From Novakomyces olei (Eukaryota): DNA of 64,000 bases. Made by a program: the position numbers and the translations under genes. Location: the NCBI GenBank assembly GCA_016906335.1, contig JADEYG010000002.1, positions 1,054,001 to 1,118,000 of the forward strand. The letters run 5' to 3'. Shown here one piece after another: positions 22,429 through 33,448 of this stretch; the stretch's first letter is position 1; the number at the start of each line of letters is the position of its first letter. The notes under the pieces are model-generated. The model ran no database searches and was not told the DNA's origin. It saw only the letters and a list, made by a program, of their open reading frames with translations.

Positions 22429-23430
22429 ATGACGGAGCTCACGCGTCCGAGAGAGGAGAGTGGCGAAGAGCCCAGTGGTCGGAAGCGCAGACAGCGCAAC
22501 GGAGGTTCCTTTAGATGCGAAGTGTGCGATCAGCCCTTCTACTTCGCAAAGGATTTGAGAAAACACGAACGGTTGTTCCATTCGATCAACCTTACGGAAA
22601 TCATCAATGGGTGGAAGAAGAATGCAGATCTGGCTGTCAACTACGATATCGGTTTATTGGCTTTAAAACGCGCTTTCGAATCTCCGCATCAACTAATCGA
22701 AGTGGAGAAACAGGACCCGAAATTAACTATAGATCAGATCAATGAAGTGCTTCTGAAGGAGAGACAGTGTATTCTAATGAAAACTTATGCACGAACGGCC
22801 GATCCAGATCTGACAGTGACAAACTTTGTGACTAGCCTTATCGACAGTACAAAGGAGAAGATTGCTATCTACAACATCAGTGGCGGAAACGAGCTTGTTC
22901 GGCCAGACAAGAGGCATGTTGGAATCTCGGATTTTTGGCTACACGCGATAACGCCCGCGTCTACCATCACCGACGTGCATGTGGACAACGTATTGCTCGG
23001 GCATACAATTTATTGTTTATCCGGGAAAAAGCTATTGCTTCTGTGGCCTGGTTCTGACTACAATCTGACACAGTTTGCCCCATACCATCGGGTAGGTGGA
23101 GATTTATACCTACCAAAGGCTATCAAGGAATTGCGCGATTTGAAATTGGCTATATTGGAGACGGGGGATTTTGTCATACTTCCGGCGGGGTCACTTCATG
23201 CGGTGATCACCATTGAGACCTCGGTGATTACCGGTTATATGTTTGTGGACAAGTGCGCCGATTGGCAAAGACTAGCGTTTTGGGACGCGAAAGCTGCTCG
23301 CGATGATGATGCGGTGGCCGCAGTTTTTACGGAGCACCAGGAGGCCTTGGAGCTGCTATCCTCGTGCAACCTGCTCACCCCAAATATCGAAGAAAAGGTC
23401 AAGGCAGGAATTGAATATCTCGAGTCTTGA
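22429..23430 (+). CDS. Element A ORF3: C2H2 zinc finger + JmjC-domain Fe(II)/2-OG dioxygenase (putative histone demethylase-like)
   Basis: RKRRQR basic patch, CEVC-x12-H-x4-H finger, and JmjC motifs TDVHVD, SGKKLLLLWP and LETGDFVILPAGSLHAVITIETS. The stop codon overlaps the PPT, so the ORF lies inside the element. Confidence 0.85.
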   Translation: MTELTRPREESGEEPSGRKRRQRNGGSFRCEVCDQPFYFAKDLRKHERLFHSINLTEIINGWKKNADLAVNYDIGLLALKRAFESPHQLIEVEKQDPKLTIDQINEVLLKERQCILMKTYARTADPDLTVTNFVTSLIDSTKEKIAIYNISGGNELVRPDKRHVGISDFWLHAITPASTITDVHVDNVLLGHTIYCLSGKKLLLLWPGSDYNLTQFAPYHRVGGDLYLPKAIKELRDLKLAILETGDFVILPAGSLHAVITIETSVITGYMFVDKCADWQRLAFWDAKAARDDDAVAAVFTEHQEALELLSSCNLLTPNIEEKVKAGIEYLES

Positions 23431-23441
23431 GGCGGGGGTAG

Positions 23442-23833
23442 TGTTACGGTGCGCTATATGAGGCGCTAGCTAGCGCTGAAGATAGCGCTTTTACATCCTT
23501 TAATTTGTTTTGTTTCACTTTATTTTGTGTTACGACTTCTATTTTTAATTAGTTCTATTTATAACTCTTAGCTTCTATTTTTAGATAGCAACTTAGTTAG
23601 TTTAATTAGTTTAGTTTGATTAGTTTCTCGGGCAAAGCCCCACGGAGCGTCATAAGAATGGGACACTCCCCTCTTATGTTCGCTACGTGTAATCAAATCT
23701 TGGTGTGCAATATTTTGGTTTTCTATTACTAGGTTCCCTACTTTCCACGTATCCTCAACAGAGCCAGCGTGAGATCTGGCATATTCACCTTATTGCACCT
23801 TTACGACTTTTTGGAAGTAAAGCCCCCATAACA
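23442..23833 (+). repeat. Element A 3' LTR (392 bp)
   Basis: Follows the PPT; matches the 5' LTR. Confidence 0.95.
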
Positions 23834-26704
23834 GTCTTGGATGTAGTAGCGCGATTTGATTTTTACGCTTTCGTTGTCTGTGAAACTGTCTGGATTTTTC
23901 AAAATAGTGAGTATTTTGGACCAATGTCTGTCCTTTTCGTAGGCCAACTCAAATTTTAAATTATTCTGGGGCGAAATTTGTACGGAAATTGCACCTACAT
24001 CAGATGTTTTTCCGGGTGTTCTTGAAAGTAGATCCGCCAAGACATTTTCAGTTCCGGGAACATGAATAATATTTATATCGAACTCATTTAAAAAATCCAT
24101 CCATCTAAGGTGTCTTCGTGAAAGCATAACATTTTTAGAGTAAAGGAGGCGACTCAGAGCTTGGTTGTCTGTCAAACAATTGACTTGGTAACCTCGAGCA
24201 TATATTTCAAAATGATCAAGAGCTCGTATGCATGCAAGATATTCAAGTTCATGTACAGGATAATGTGATTCAGCTATCCCTAATTTTTTCGACGTGAAGC
24301 CTATTACTCTGCATTTTCTCCAGTCTTGTCCTTGTCCTAGCCATCCACCTGTACCAACTAGTGAAGCATCTATTCCCATGAATAGCTTTTCTGTACCATT
24401 ATTCAGGGGTTCAGGGTCAAACGGTGAAAGTACTATGTCGTGCTGAACTGCTTTCTTGATTTTATCAAAGCCTTTTTGTTTTGTTTCGTCCCAAGAAAAG
24501 TCCTTCATCTCAGTGAATGTTGAAATGTGAGAGGATAAGTTTGGTATAAACGTTGAAACCCAATTCAGCATTCCAACTAATCTTTGTACTTGCTTAATAT
24601 TCTTTGGTGGTTCCAGTCGCAATATGGAGTTTTTTGATTTATCAGTCATTTTGATTCCTTCATCACTGATTTGTCGTCCCAGCACAACAAAGTTCTTGCA
24701 AAACGGAAATGTTTTGGTTGGACTCGCGTATAGTTCCCACTTTGACATAATACAAAAAACTAGCACCAAATGGTCCAAATGTGCTTGGACATCATCGTCG
24801 TATATTATTATGTCATCGACATAGACTGTCATCCATATTCCAATGTAAGGTCTGAAGAGCTCCTCCATAAGTTGTTGCTGTATAGCAGTGGAATTACGAT
24901 CTCCTTGAGGCATGACGTTCCACTGATATATCCCAAATGGTGTCCAGAATGCCGTGTAGTGTTCTTGTCCGGGTTGTATTCTTGATTGAAAGAAAGCGTC
25001 CTTCAAATCAATCTTAGTTCTGTATTTTGCTCGTGCAATGTCTTGTACAACTATGTCAATACGTGGTACTTGAATGTAGAAACGCTTCATGTTTGCATTG
25101 CGAGGTCGAGCATCATTAACAAATCTCAAATATTTAATTATTTCTTTAGGATCTGTTAGCTTGTTAACCATTTCTTTGTCTTTGGGAATAGGAAACAGTA
25201 TTGCACTAGGTTCTTTGCTAGAGATTGAGATCATCTTTGCTTTTAATAGCTCATCAATCTTTAATTTCAGAGGCAACATAAGCTTTTTGCTTGGGTACCA
25301 CTTTTTTATGTTATACCTTTTTTCTGGATCAATTGGCTCATATGTAGCAACCACAGGTCTCATTATAGGCAACTTGCTTGGAGGATCCTTGATCAAAGTT
25401 TGATCAAACTTGTCTTGAAGTATCTGCAGTACTTTTTCTGGGTCAACCAAGTCCTCATTTGTAACTTGTTGGACTTCAATTCTCTTGTTGTCATCGATTG
25501 TTATTGAGCTGACTACAGGAAGTACTTCTGGCTTGACAAACCTTCTTTCATTTGCATCTTCCTGCCACTGTATATGTCGTTTGCGAGTGTTCACAATTGC
25601 CCCAAGCTTACTCAGTGTTCCCATGCCAATCAATAGATCAGAAGTTCTGAGTCTTGCAACGGCGCAATTTAACTCGCTGCCTTTGAACATGACTTTGGCC
25701 ATATATCTGCTCACAGTTTTCGATCCTTGAAAGGCCATTTGAATTTTGTGGTCACTTTCTTTGTATGTTGGTCGGTGAACATTGCAAAAGTTTGAGTCAA
25801 TAACATCAATATCACTTCCAGTATCAATCAGGACCTGACATTTGATTTCTTTATCATTTATTTTCACAGGTAGATTTACTAGAAATTGTTGGTTTGTGTT
25901 TTGGACAGCAGAACAATTGTAATCAAGTTTGATTTCTTTGCTAACTATTTCAGAATCATCTTTAAGAGCACTGATGGTTGATTGATTCTTTCGTTTAAAG
26001 CACTGCTCGTACGTGTGCCCAGTGCGGCGACAAAAGGTACATCTTGTTCTCAGGGCTGGCTTCTCTGGTTCTTTCTTCTCAGAAGTAGTTGCCTTTGCTT
26101 CAGTTTGTTGGTTGCCTTGTTTAGGATTCATGCTCCCTATGTATGGTCTTGTTGCAGTAAAATCGTAGCCTGTTGCCACATCAACCACACTTTGCCATTT
26201 CCATTTCGTCATTCCTGTGTTGTTTCCCGACTGATTTCCAAATGCGCTTCTCAAAGATCCCATTATTTGAGGCTTTGTTCTCTCATTTAGCCCATGTATG
26301 AATTGTTGAATTAAGATGGCTTCGTTAACTATTTCTAGTTCCATTGATTTCAATTTAAGCTGCGTGGCATATTGGCTAATGCTTTTTGTTCCTTGAGCGA
26401 AGGTAACAAACTTGCTGTAAGCGCGTGGTAAATAGTCGTTGGGTACAATGCTTCGCTCCAGATGATCAAGCATCTGATCTGTCGTTACACTAGCATTGTC
26501 CCTGAGTTCTTCAGCATAGATTGTAGCGTTCGATTCGAGGAACATGCTAATTAAGTCTATATCTGAAATCCCGGTAACACTGCCTCCTGCTTTGGCATAT
26601 GTCAGCCATTTAACCACAGAGCTTCTCCATGATTGGAACTCTCTATGGGTCATTGAATGACCATTCAGCTTTGCTGGTTCAGGCAGCTTGATTTTGAAGT
26701 CCAT
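23834..26704 (-). CDS. Element B Gag-Pol, N-terminal part (interrupted by an A-family insertion)
   Basis: CTFCRRTGHTYEQC, LIDTGSD, KIDLKDAFFQ, VMPQG, YVDDII, IDASLVG, TDNQAL, NVLADLLSR. Joins in frame (..YYIQD|GIIHLQ..) to 34879 when one TSD copy is removed. Confidence 0.93.
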
Positions 26705-26815
26705 ATTTAAAATATATTTTAATCAATTTAAATTAAATTGATACAGAATTAAATATATTAAATATAAAAGACTAATACAAAGTATTCAAAAACGCTGGTG
26801 ATTGCTGTCCACTTT

Positions 26816-27481
26816 TCAAGTGCTCGTAGTAATCCTTCTCAACTTTGTTTGGATCTTCTCCTCTGTAAAGACGAATTTTGAATCTGTCCTCAACAATGTT
26901 GTCCAGAAGATATTTTGTTTTCTTCCTGTTGTGCAGTTCTTGAATGCGATTGGCCACCAATTTGTTGTATGTTTCCTCGTAGCGTAGATTTGCGCCGCTT
27001 TGCTTGTCCAGTGCGCTTGTTTTCGAAAAACTTCTTCCTCTGATAGAGGCAAGCGAGGAGTTGTAGCAGAAATAGTGGCCAGAGAAACTGAAGGAACTGT
27101 GGGAGCTGGGTAAGGACCAAGTCTCTGCGCTGGTGGAGGAGGTTTTCTGAGCACCTTTGCCGCAATAGCAGCAATTGACTCAGGCTCCTTGGAAATTCGA
27201 CCGTTGCGTTTACGCTCTTTGAATGCCTGCGATCGGCGAGCGTTTCTTTCTTTCCTCTTATTCAATTGATGAATAGAGGTATTTTTCTCTGAATGGGCAC
27301 TCTGGTCGGTAAGTCCAGACACAGAGGTTTTATCCTTATCCTTGGGTGTATTGCTTCGGCGGATAGAGCCAGCCGAGACAACAACCTTTGGATCGGTTTT
27401 TGCCTGCTTCAAGAGATTTGCAAATGTCTCAGAGTAGACAATGCGAGGCCGTCGGCTGTCTCCTGACGGATTCACTGACAT
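26816..27481 (-). CDS. Element B additional upstream ORF (221 aa, basic, unknown function)
   Basis: Real ATG 19 nt after the 5' LTR, sense to gag, ending about 110 nt before the gag ATG; K/R/P/S-rich. Confidence 0.5.
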   Translation of the reverse strand: MSVNPSGDSRRPRIVYSETFANLLKQAKTDPKVVVSAGSIRRSNTPKDKDKTSVSGLTDQSAHSEKNTSIHQLNKRKERNARRSQAFKERKRNGRISKEPESIAAIAAKVLRKPPPPAQRLGPYPAPTVPSVSLATISATTPRLPLSEEEVFRKQAHWTSKAAQIYATRKHTTNWWPIAFKNCTTGRKQNIFWTTLLRTDSKFVFTEEKIQTKLRRITTST

Positions 27482-27499
27482 GTTAGCAGTGAAAAAAGT

Positions 27500-27846
27500 T
27501 GTTATAACTGGAAGTAACTCACTGTTATAACTCTTTAGATTAATTGAATCTACTCTTAAACTATGGAAAACCTTGTCCTTTTATAGACTTCAAGGCTCAG
27601 CTCTTATCTCAGAGATAGGATCAAGACTTTCCTATCAATTAGTAATCAGATAGGATCAGAAGTAACCGATCAATTAGTAATCACCTTATCATTGATAGGT
27701 TACAGATACCCGATCAGTGGCGTGATTTAATGATTAGTAATTAAATATTCCTCCAAATCGGTTAAATTCCGTATTTGGAGTGAATTAATTTAATTTAATT
27801 ATGTCATTTTAAATTTAAATTTTACTATCTACACTATGGCCTAACA
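27500..27846 (-). repeat. Element B 5' LTR (347 bp)
   Basis: TGTTAG..ATAACA; matches 36281-36627. Confidence 0.95.
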
Positions 27847-28143
27847 ATAGCACTAGGTAGTGCTATACAGCACCACCTTGTGCTATTACTTAGTTTCATA
27901 GAAGTCGTAGTGTATAAAAGGCTTCGCGGAAGACTTTTTACACTACGCAATATCATAAGCTACAACTTGAAGTCTCCAGGTGTCTTAGGAGAATAGGCTT
28001 AGCTTCTAGCTGTAGTTCCCTTAGTCTTCACTTACCGGAACCCCTATCGAAAGGCAGCGTGCTATCTGCCGCCCAAGGGGATTACTCGTCGTCGCGGCTG
28101 AATTCAAGCCGTGAGTCACCTAGTTGCGGGCCGACCCGTAACA
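27847..28143 (+). mobile_element. Solo LTR C, larger piece (other piece at 36628-36724); about 389 bp when rejoined
   Basis: Ends GTAACA followed by CAACT. The other end begins TGTCAC (36724, minus strand), preceded by CAACT. Split by element B at GCTAT. Contains TATAAAAGG. Confidence 0.85.
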
Positions 28144-28410
28144 CAACTACAAGAAAAGGGACCAGTGCAGTTTCTGCAACAAGACTGGACATCTCTCGGA
28201 AAATTGTTGGAAAAGGTTCCCCGAAAAGAGACCAGGAGTTACAAAAAGGGGGCCGAAGGAGGCGACCAAGACGTTTGTTGCCTCTGCGCAAGTTTCTTCT
28301 TTTACGGCAGTGCCAAATACAACGGCATGGATTGTGGACTCAGGTGCTACACAGCACATGTGTAACAGTCCAGCTTGGATTACGAACCTTAAGCCCACGA
28401 ACAATCAGTG
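28144..28410 (+). pseudogene. Displaced, inverted middle piece of the copia ORF (gag zinc knuckle + protease active site)
   Basis: Reads NYKKRDQCSFCNKTGHLSENCWK...WIVDSGATQHMCNS on the + strand (not in the ORF track). Links in frame to 36725 and 17362 through TSDs CAACT and CAGTG. Confidence 0.92.
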
Positions 28411-28813
28411 TGTTATGGGGGCTTTACTTCCAAAAAGTCGTAAAGGTGCAATAAGGTGAATATGCCAGATCTCACGCTGGCTCTGTTGAGGATACGTGGA
28501 AAGTAGGGAACCTAGTAATAGAAAACCAAAATATTGCACACCAAGATTTGATTACACGTAGCGAACATAAGAGGGGAGTGTCCCATTCTTATGACGCTCC
28601 GTGGGGCTTTGCCCGAGAAACTAATCAAACTAAACTAATTAAACTAACTAAGTTGCTATCTAAAAATAGAAGCTAAGAGTTATAAATAGAACTAATTAAA
28701 AATAGAAGTCGTAACACAAAATAAAGTGAAACAAAACAAATTAAAGGATGTAAAAGCGCTATCTTCAGCGCTAGCTAGCGCCTCATATAGCGCACCGTAA
28801 CACTACCCCCGCC

Positions 28814-29815
28814 TCAAGACTCGAGATATTCAATTCCTGCCTTGACCTTTTCTTCGATATTTGGGGTGAGCAGGTTGCACGAGGATAGCAGCTCCAAGGC
28901 CTCCTGGTGCTCCGTAAAAACTGCGGCCACCGCATCATCATCGCGAGCAGCTTTCGCGTCCCAAAACGCTAGTCTTTGCCAATCGGCGCACTTGTCCACA
29001 AACATATAACCGGTAATCACCGAGGTCTCAATGGTGATCACCGCATGAAGTGACCCCGCCGGAAGTATGACAAAATCCCCCGTCTCCAATATAGCCAATT
29101 TCAAATCGCGCAATTCCTTGATAGCCTTTGGTAGGTATAAATCTCCACCTACCCGATGGTATGGGGCAAACTGTGTCAGATTGTAGTCAGAACCAGGCCA
29201 CAGAAGCAATAGCTTTTTCCCGGATAAACAATAAATTGTATGCCCGAGCAATACGTTGTCCACATGCACGTCGGTGATGGTAGACGCGGGCGTTATCGCG
29301 TGTAGCCAAAAATCCGAGATTCCAACATGCCTCTTGTCTGGCCGAACAAGCTCGTTTCCGCCACTGATGTTGTAGATAGCAATCTTCTCCTTTGTACTGT
29401 CGATAAGGCTAGTCACAAAGTTTGTCACTGTCAGATCTGGATCGGCCGTTCGTGCATAAGTTTTCATTAGAATACACTGTCTCTCCTTCAGAAGCACTTC
29501 ATTGATCTGATCTATAGTTAATTTCGGGTCCTGTTTCTCCACTTCGATTAGTTGATGCGGAGATTCGAAAGCGCGTTTTAAAGCCAATAAACCGATATCG
29601 TAGTTGACAGCCAGATCTGCATTCTTCTTCCACCCATTGATGATTTCCGTAAGGTTGATCGAATGGAACAACCGTTCGTGTTTTCTCAAATCCTTTGCGA
29701 AGTAGAAGGGCTGATCGCACACTTCGCATCTAAAGGAACCTCCGTTGCGCTGTCTGCGCTTCCGACCACTGGGCTCTTCGCCACTCTCCTCTCTCGGACG
29801 CGTGAGCTCCGTCAT
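28814..29815 (-). CDS. Element A' ORF3: C2H2 + JmjC protein
   Basis: 333 aa, identical translation to 22429-23430. Confidence 0.85.
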   Translation of the reverse strand: MTELTRPREESGEEPSGRKRRQRNGGSFRCEVCDQPFYFAKDLRKHERLFHSINLTEIINGWKKNADLAVNYDIGLLALKRAFESPHQLIEVEKQDPKLTIDQINEVLLKERQCILMKTYARTADPDLTVTNFVTSLIDSTKEKIAIYNISGGNELVRPDKRHVGISDFWLHAITPASTITDVHVDNVLLGHTIYCLSGKKLLLLWPGSDYNLTQFAPYHRVGGDLYLPKAIKELRDLKLAILETGDFVILPAGSLHAVITIETSVITGYMFVDKCADWQRLAFWDAKAARDDDAVAAVFTEHQEALELLSSCNLLTPNIEEKVKAGIEYLES

Positions 29816-30103
29816 CGCGTTAGATATTGGGTTCTGTAACGGTGTGTGTAGCGCCGTGAAAATATTTTTAACGAAGATCCCGCCCAGAGGATAAGGACAA
29901 TAAGTAATGTTGCAAGCACCATAGTTAATAATATATTAAATCTGTTATAACGAAATATAAGCTGTGTATATTTTCGCTAACATATAGTAAGAAGAATTTA
30001 AGTAATTCCATAATAAATGATAATCCTCATAATAAGAGATGATAAGAATAATAGTAATAATAGTGCGGATAAGAATAATAATAAAATAATAGAATAGTGG
30101 GCG

Positions 30104-33100
30104 TTATATATGGCGCTCTGTAGCGCGAGTGTTAACGCTATCGGTAAGTCGCGAATGATAGTCGGACACAGCACCTTGTGCTTGTGAGAGGTTTGTGTAT
30201 GGCTCCCATGTTCGGTCTTCCACTGGGTAGTTTTTCCAGTGAACCAGGTAACGGATATTCTTGCCTCTTCCTTTGTGATCAACAATATAGTCCACTTCGT
30301 ATTCATTAACTTCTTGTAGGACATCTGGTACGATCTGATCAGTTGGATCACGGTTGAATCGGTCCGGTACAAAGGGCTCAAGTAAAGTCTCGTTAAGCAC
30401 ATTGTGAATCTTTATGTGGTGCGGTAATTCGATGCGGTAAGCCGATCGTCCAACGGATTCGAGAACTTTGAATGGTCCTATATGAGTGTGATCAAACTTA
30501 TCACTGGGGCGATCGCTTCTGATGTGTTTCTTGCGTATCCATACTAAATCTCCAGATTGATACTGTGGTCCCTGACGTACTCTGCGGTCGTAAAAACGTT
30601 TCATGTTTTCAGAGTTTTTCGTAATCATTTCCATAATTCTTTTAAAATGTTCGTTCCAGTCCTGAACGACACTGTTCGCTGAGGGATTCTCCGATATTGT
30701 AGGAGTCAGCGTAAAACGTGGTTGAATCCATAGTTTGTAAAATAAGCCGAGGCTTTCGTAGTTGCACTCGTAGAGTTGTTCATTGCGATTTCGGCAAATG
30801 GTAACAAATGAATCCAGTTGTTTTGTAAATAATTCAAGTAGCATCTCAAATACTGTTCCAAAGTCTGATTCATCCTTTCTGTTTGTCCATCTGACTGTGG
30901 ATGATGACTCGTAGACTTGTGTAATTTTATGCCAAGTTGCGCTGTAAGGCAGGTCCAAAATTTACTGACGAATCTTGGATCGCGGTCTGATATAATTTCG
31001 TCTGGTAGACCGTGTAGTCGAACAATTTCACGAAGAAACAAATTAGCCAAACTTTTGCGTCAATTGTTTCCTTGCAGGCGATAAGATGAACCATTTTTGA
31101 GAATCGATCCACCACAACAAGAATACTGTCGTACCCTTGGGACTCTGGTAATTTGACAATAAAATCGAGCGACACAGAAATCCATGGTCGTGAGGCAGTA
31201 GGCAAAGGGTTCAACAATCCTGTTTTCTTTTGGCGACTCACTTTGTTTCTTTTGCAAGTAGTACAAGCTTTCACGTAGTCAGTAACGTCTCTGACAACTC
31301 CAGGCCAAGTATAGTGTCTTTGCACAAGAGCCAAAGTCTTAGCTACACCAAAATGCCCAGCTAGCGGGTGATCGTGTGCGTTGGCCAGGACTTCCTTTCT
31401 GTTTTCTTCTGGTACAAAGTCCTTTAAAACTCCTTCTGGCAATTGGTTGGCCAACGTCTCAGCCGCATTCAATTCCAAATTTGTATCTGTAAATTTCTCA
31501 TCGGGGAGCAATATCCTGTTTTGCTCTTGTTCGTATGTATTAGTCTTTAAATCGTTTAGAGAGGAGCATCGACTAAGGGCATCAGCGGCTCCATTAGCAG
31601 CTCCTTTTCGGTAACTTATAATAAAATCGTATTCGGCCAGAATCTCAGACCATCTTGCTTGTCTTCGAGACAATTGCTTTGTAGTTCTGAATGTTTGTAG
31701 GTTTCGATGATCCGTGTAGACAACTATTGGGTTTGGGTGACCTTGGAGGTAATGTCTCCAGGTTTTGAATGCCCAAACAATTGCGAGTAATTCCTTATCG
31801 TGGATATCGTAGTTCACTTCGGCCGGTGTGAGCTTCCTACTGATAAATGCCACAGGTCGACGGTGGTCTTCTGGTCCTTGCGTCAAAGCAGCGCCCAGCG
31901 CAAAGTCTGAAGCGTCTGTCTCTAGGATACATTCCATTGACGGGTCATAATGTCGCAACATAACGTCTTTCTTAAAACAACTCTTTAAGTCATCGAAACT
32001 TCCTTGTTGCCTTTCAGTCCATTCGAATGTTTTATTCTTTCGTAGCGCCTGCGTTAGCGGCAGCGCTAGCTTTGCAAAGTCTTTGATAAACCTTCGGTAA
32101 TAATTGCAAAATCCAAGAAACACTTGAACATCGTGGACTGATTTTGGTCTTTCCCAAGTCAGAATGGGATCTCGTTTCTCTTCACACATTGATATTCCAT
32201 CTGTAGATAATATAAAGCCGAGAAATTCAACTTTGGTGCGATGAAACTCGCATTTTTCGCCTTTTGCATACAACTGGTTGGCTCTTAGGCGTCGTAGTAC
32301 TTCCTGAACATCTTTCACGTGCGTTTCTTTGTCCTTTGAAAATATTAGAATATCATCAAGATATACTAAAACTTTGTAATCAAGCAAGTCTCTAAACACA
32401 TCGTTCATGAGAGCTTGAAATGTCGCGGGTGCGTTCGTCAGTCCAAAGGGCATGACGCGATATTCGAAGTGGCCATATCTTGTCCTAAAGGCTGTTTTCC
32501 ATTCATCACCTTTTTTGATTCTTATCAAGTTGTAGGCACCTCTCAAGTCGATCTTTGTCATGATCTTGGCTCCGGCTAGCTTGTCGATCAAATCGTCAAT
32601 CCGGGGAATTGGATACTTGTTTTTGATAGTAATATTATTCAGTCCCCGATAGTCGACACATAATCTCAATTCTCCATTCTTCTTCGGCACAAATAGCACT
32701 GGTGCTCCTGCCGGTGACTTAGAGCGTTTAATAAATCCCTTCGCGAGGTTCTCATTTAAGTACTCGCGTAGGTATTCTTGTTCTTTCTGATTAACACTGT
32801 AAACGGGACCAAAAGGTATTTTTGCGTCCTTCAGTAGTTCAATCTCGTGGTCGTACGATCGATGCGGTGGTAGCACGTCGTTCTTTGGTTCTTCATAAAC
32901 ATCTCTGAACTCCTCATATTCTGGAGGCAATTCAATTTTCTCGTTTCCAATCTGACAGTCATCCTCGCTGTCTTGAATAATCTCGTTTATACTGTTAAGT
33001 TCAATAGATTCCAGCGTAGGCTGTCGTAACGTCAGGCGTCCTGTAATCCAATCAATATTGGGATTGTTCTTGGTCAACCATGGGATACCTAAGATCGCAT

Positions 33101-33448
33101 CATGGTGTCCAATTTGCGCCACATAAAAAATCTCAGTCGACCTAATACCTTCACTTCAATAGGTATATCCTTGGTCGTTCTTCGTACTAGACCAGATGCC
33201 ATTGCTCGGCCATCGGCTACTTTCACAAAAATAGGACTCTCTAGTCTCTTTGTCTCAATCTTTAGACGCCATATCACTCTTGGATGTATAAAATTTGCGT
33301 CTGCACCGCTATCTAGCAAAGCGTGCAATTCCTTTTCTTCAAATTTGCATAACACTTCAAGCTTTCCGCTTGACAGTTTCTTATCTGGTGGCTTTCGCTC
33401 AATACCACCTAGCGACACCACCTCGGTCTCTAGGTCCGATCTTTTAAA
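30104..33448 (-). pseudogene. Element A' pol, frameshifted (or assembly indels)
   Basis: Single-base deletions relative to copy A near 33151, 31055 and 30727. Confidence 0.75.

Larger units (their letters stand above)
17368..23833 (+). mobile_element. Ty3/gypsy chromovirus A, full length (6466 bp), with an extra ZnF-JmjC ORF
   Basis: 392-bp LTRs (TGTTAC..ATAACA) at 17368-17759 and 23442-23833, PPT GAGGCGGGGGTAG, then gag, pol (PR-RT-RH-IN-chromodomain) and ORF3. Confidence 0.97.
23834..27846 (-). mobile_element. Ty3/gypsy chromovirus B, 5' part (inverted relative to its 3' part)
   Basis: 347-bp LTR at 27500-27846 is the reverse complement of 36281-36627. TSD GCTAT (27847-27851 rc, 36628-36632). 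Contains an upstream ORF and gag-PR-RT-RH. Confidence 0.93.

Noticed and set aside
22429-23430. ORF3 as a retroviral env gene
   Set aside because: No signal peptide or C-terminal transmembrane segment; it has NLS-like, C2H2 and JmjC motifs instead.
23801-23833. C-terminus CYGGFTSKKS of the 967-aa ORF
   Set aside because: Read-through into the A LTR; the true continuation is at 34879.
28059-28454. 131-aa and 84-aa ORFs in the ORF track
   Set aside because: Wrong frames; the real coding frame is the copia zinc-knuckle/protease piece from 28145.
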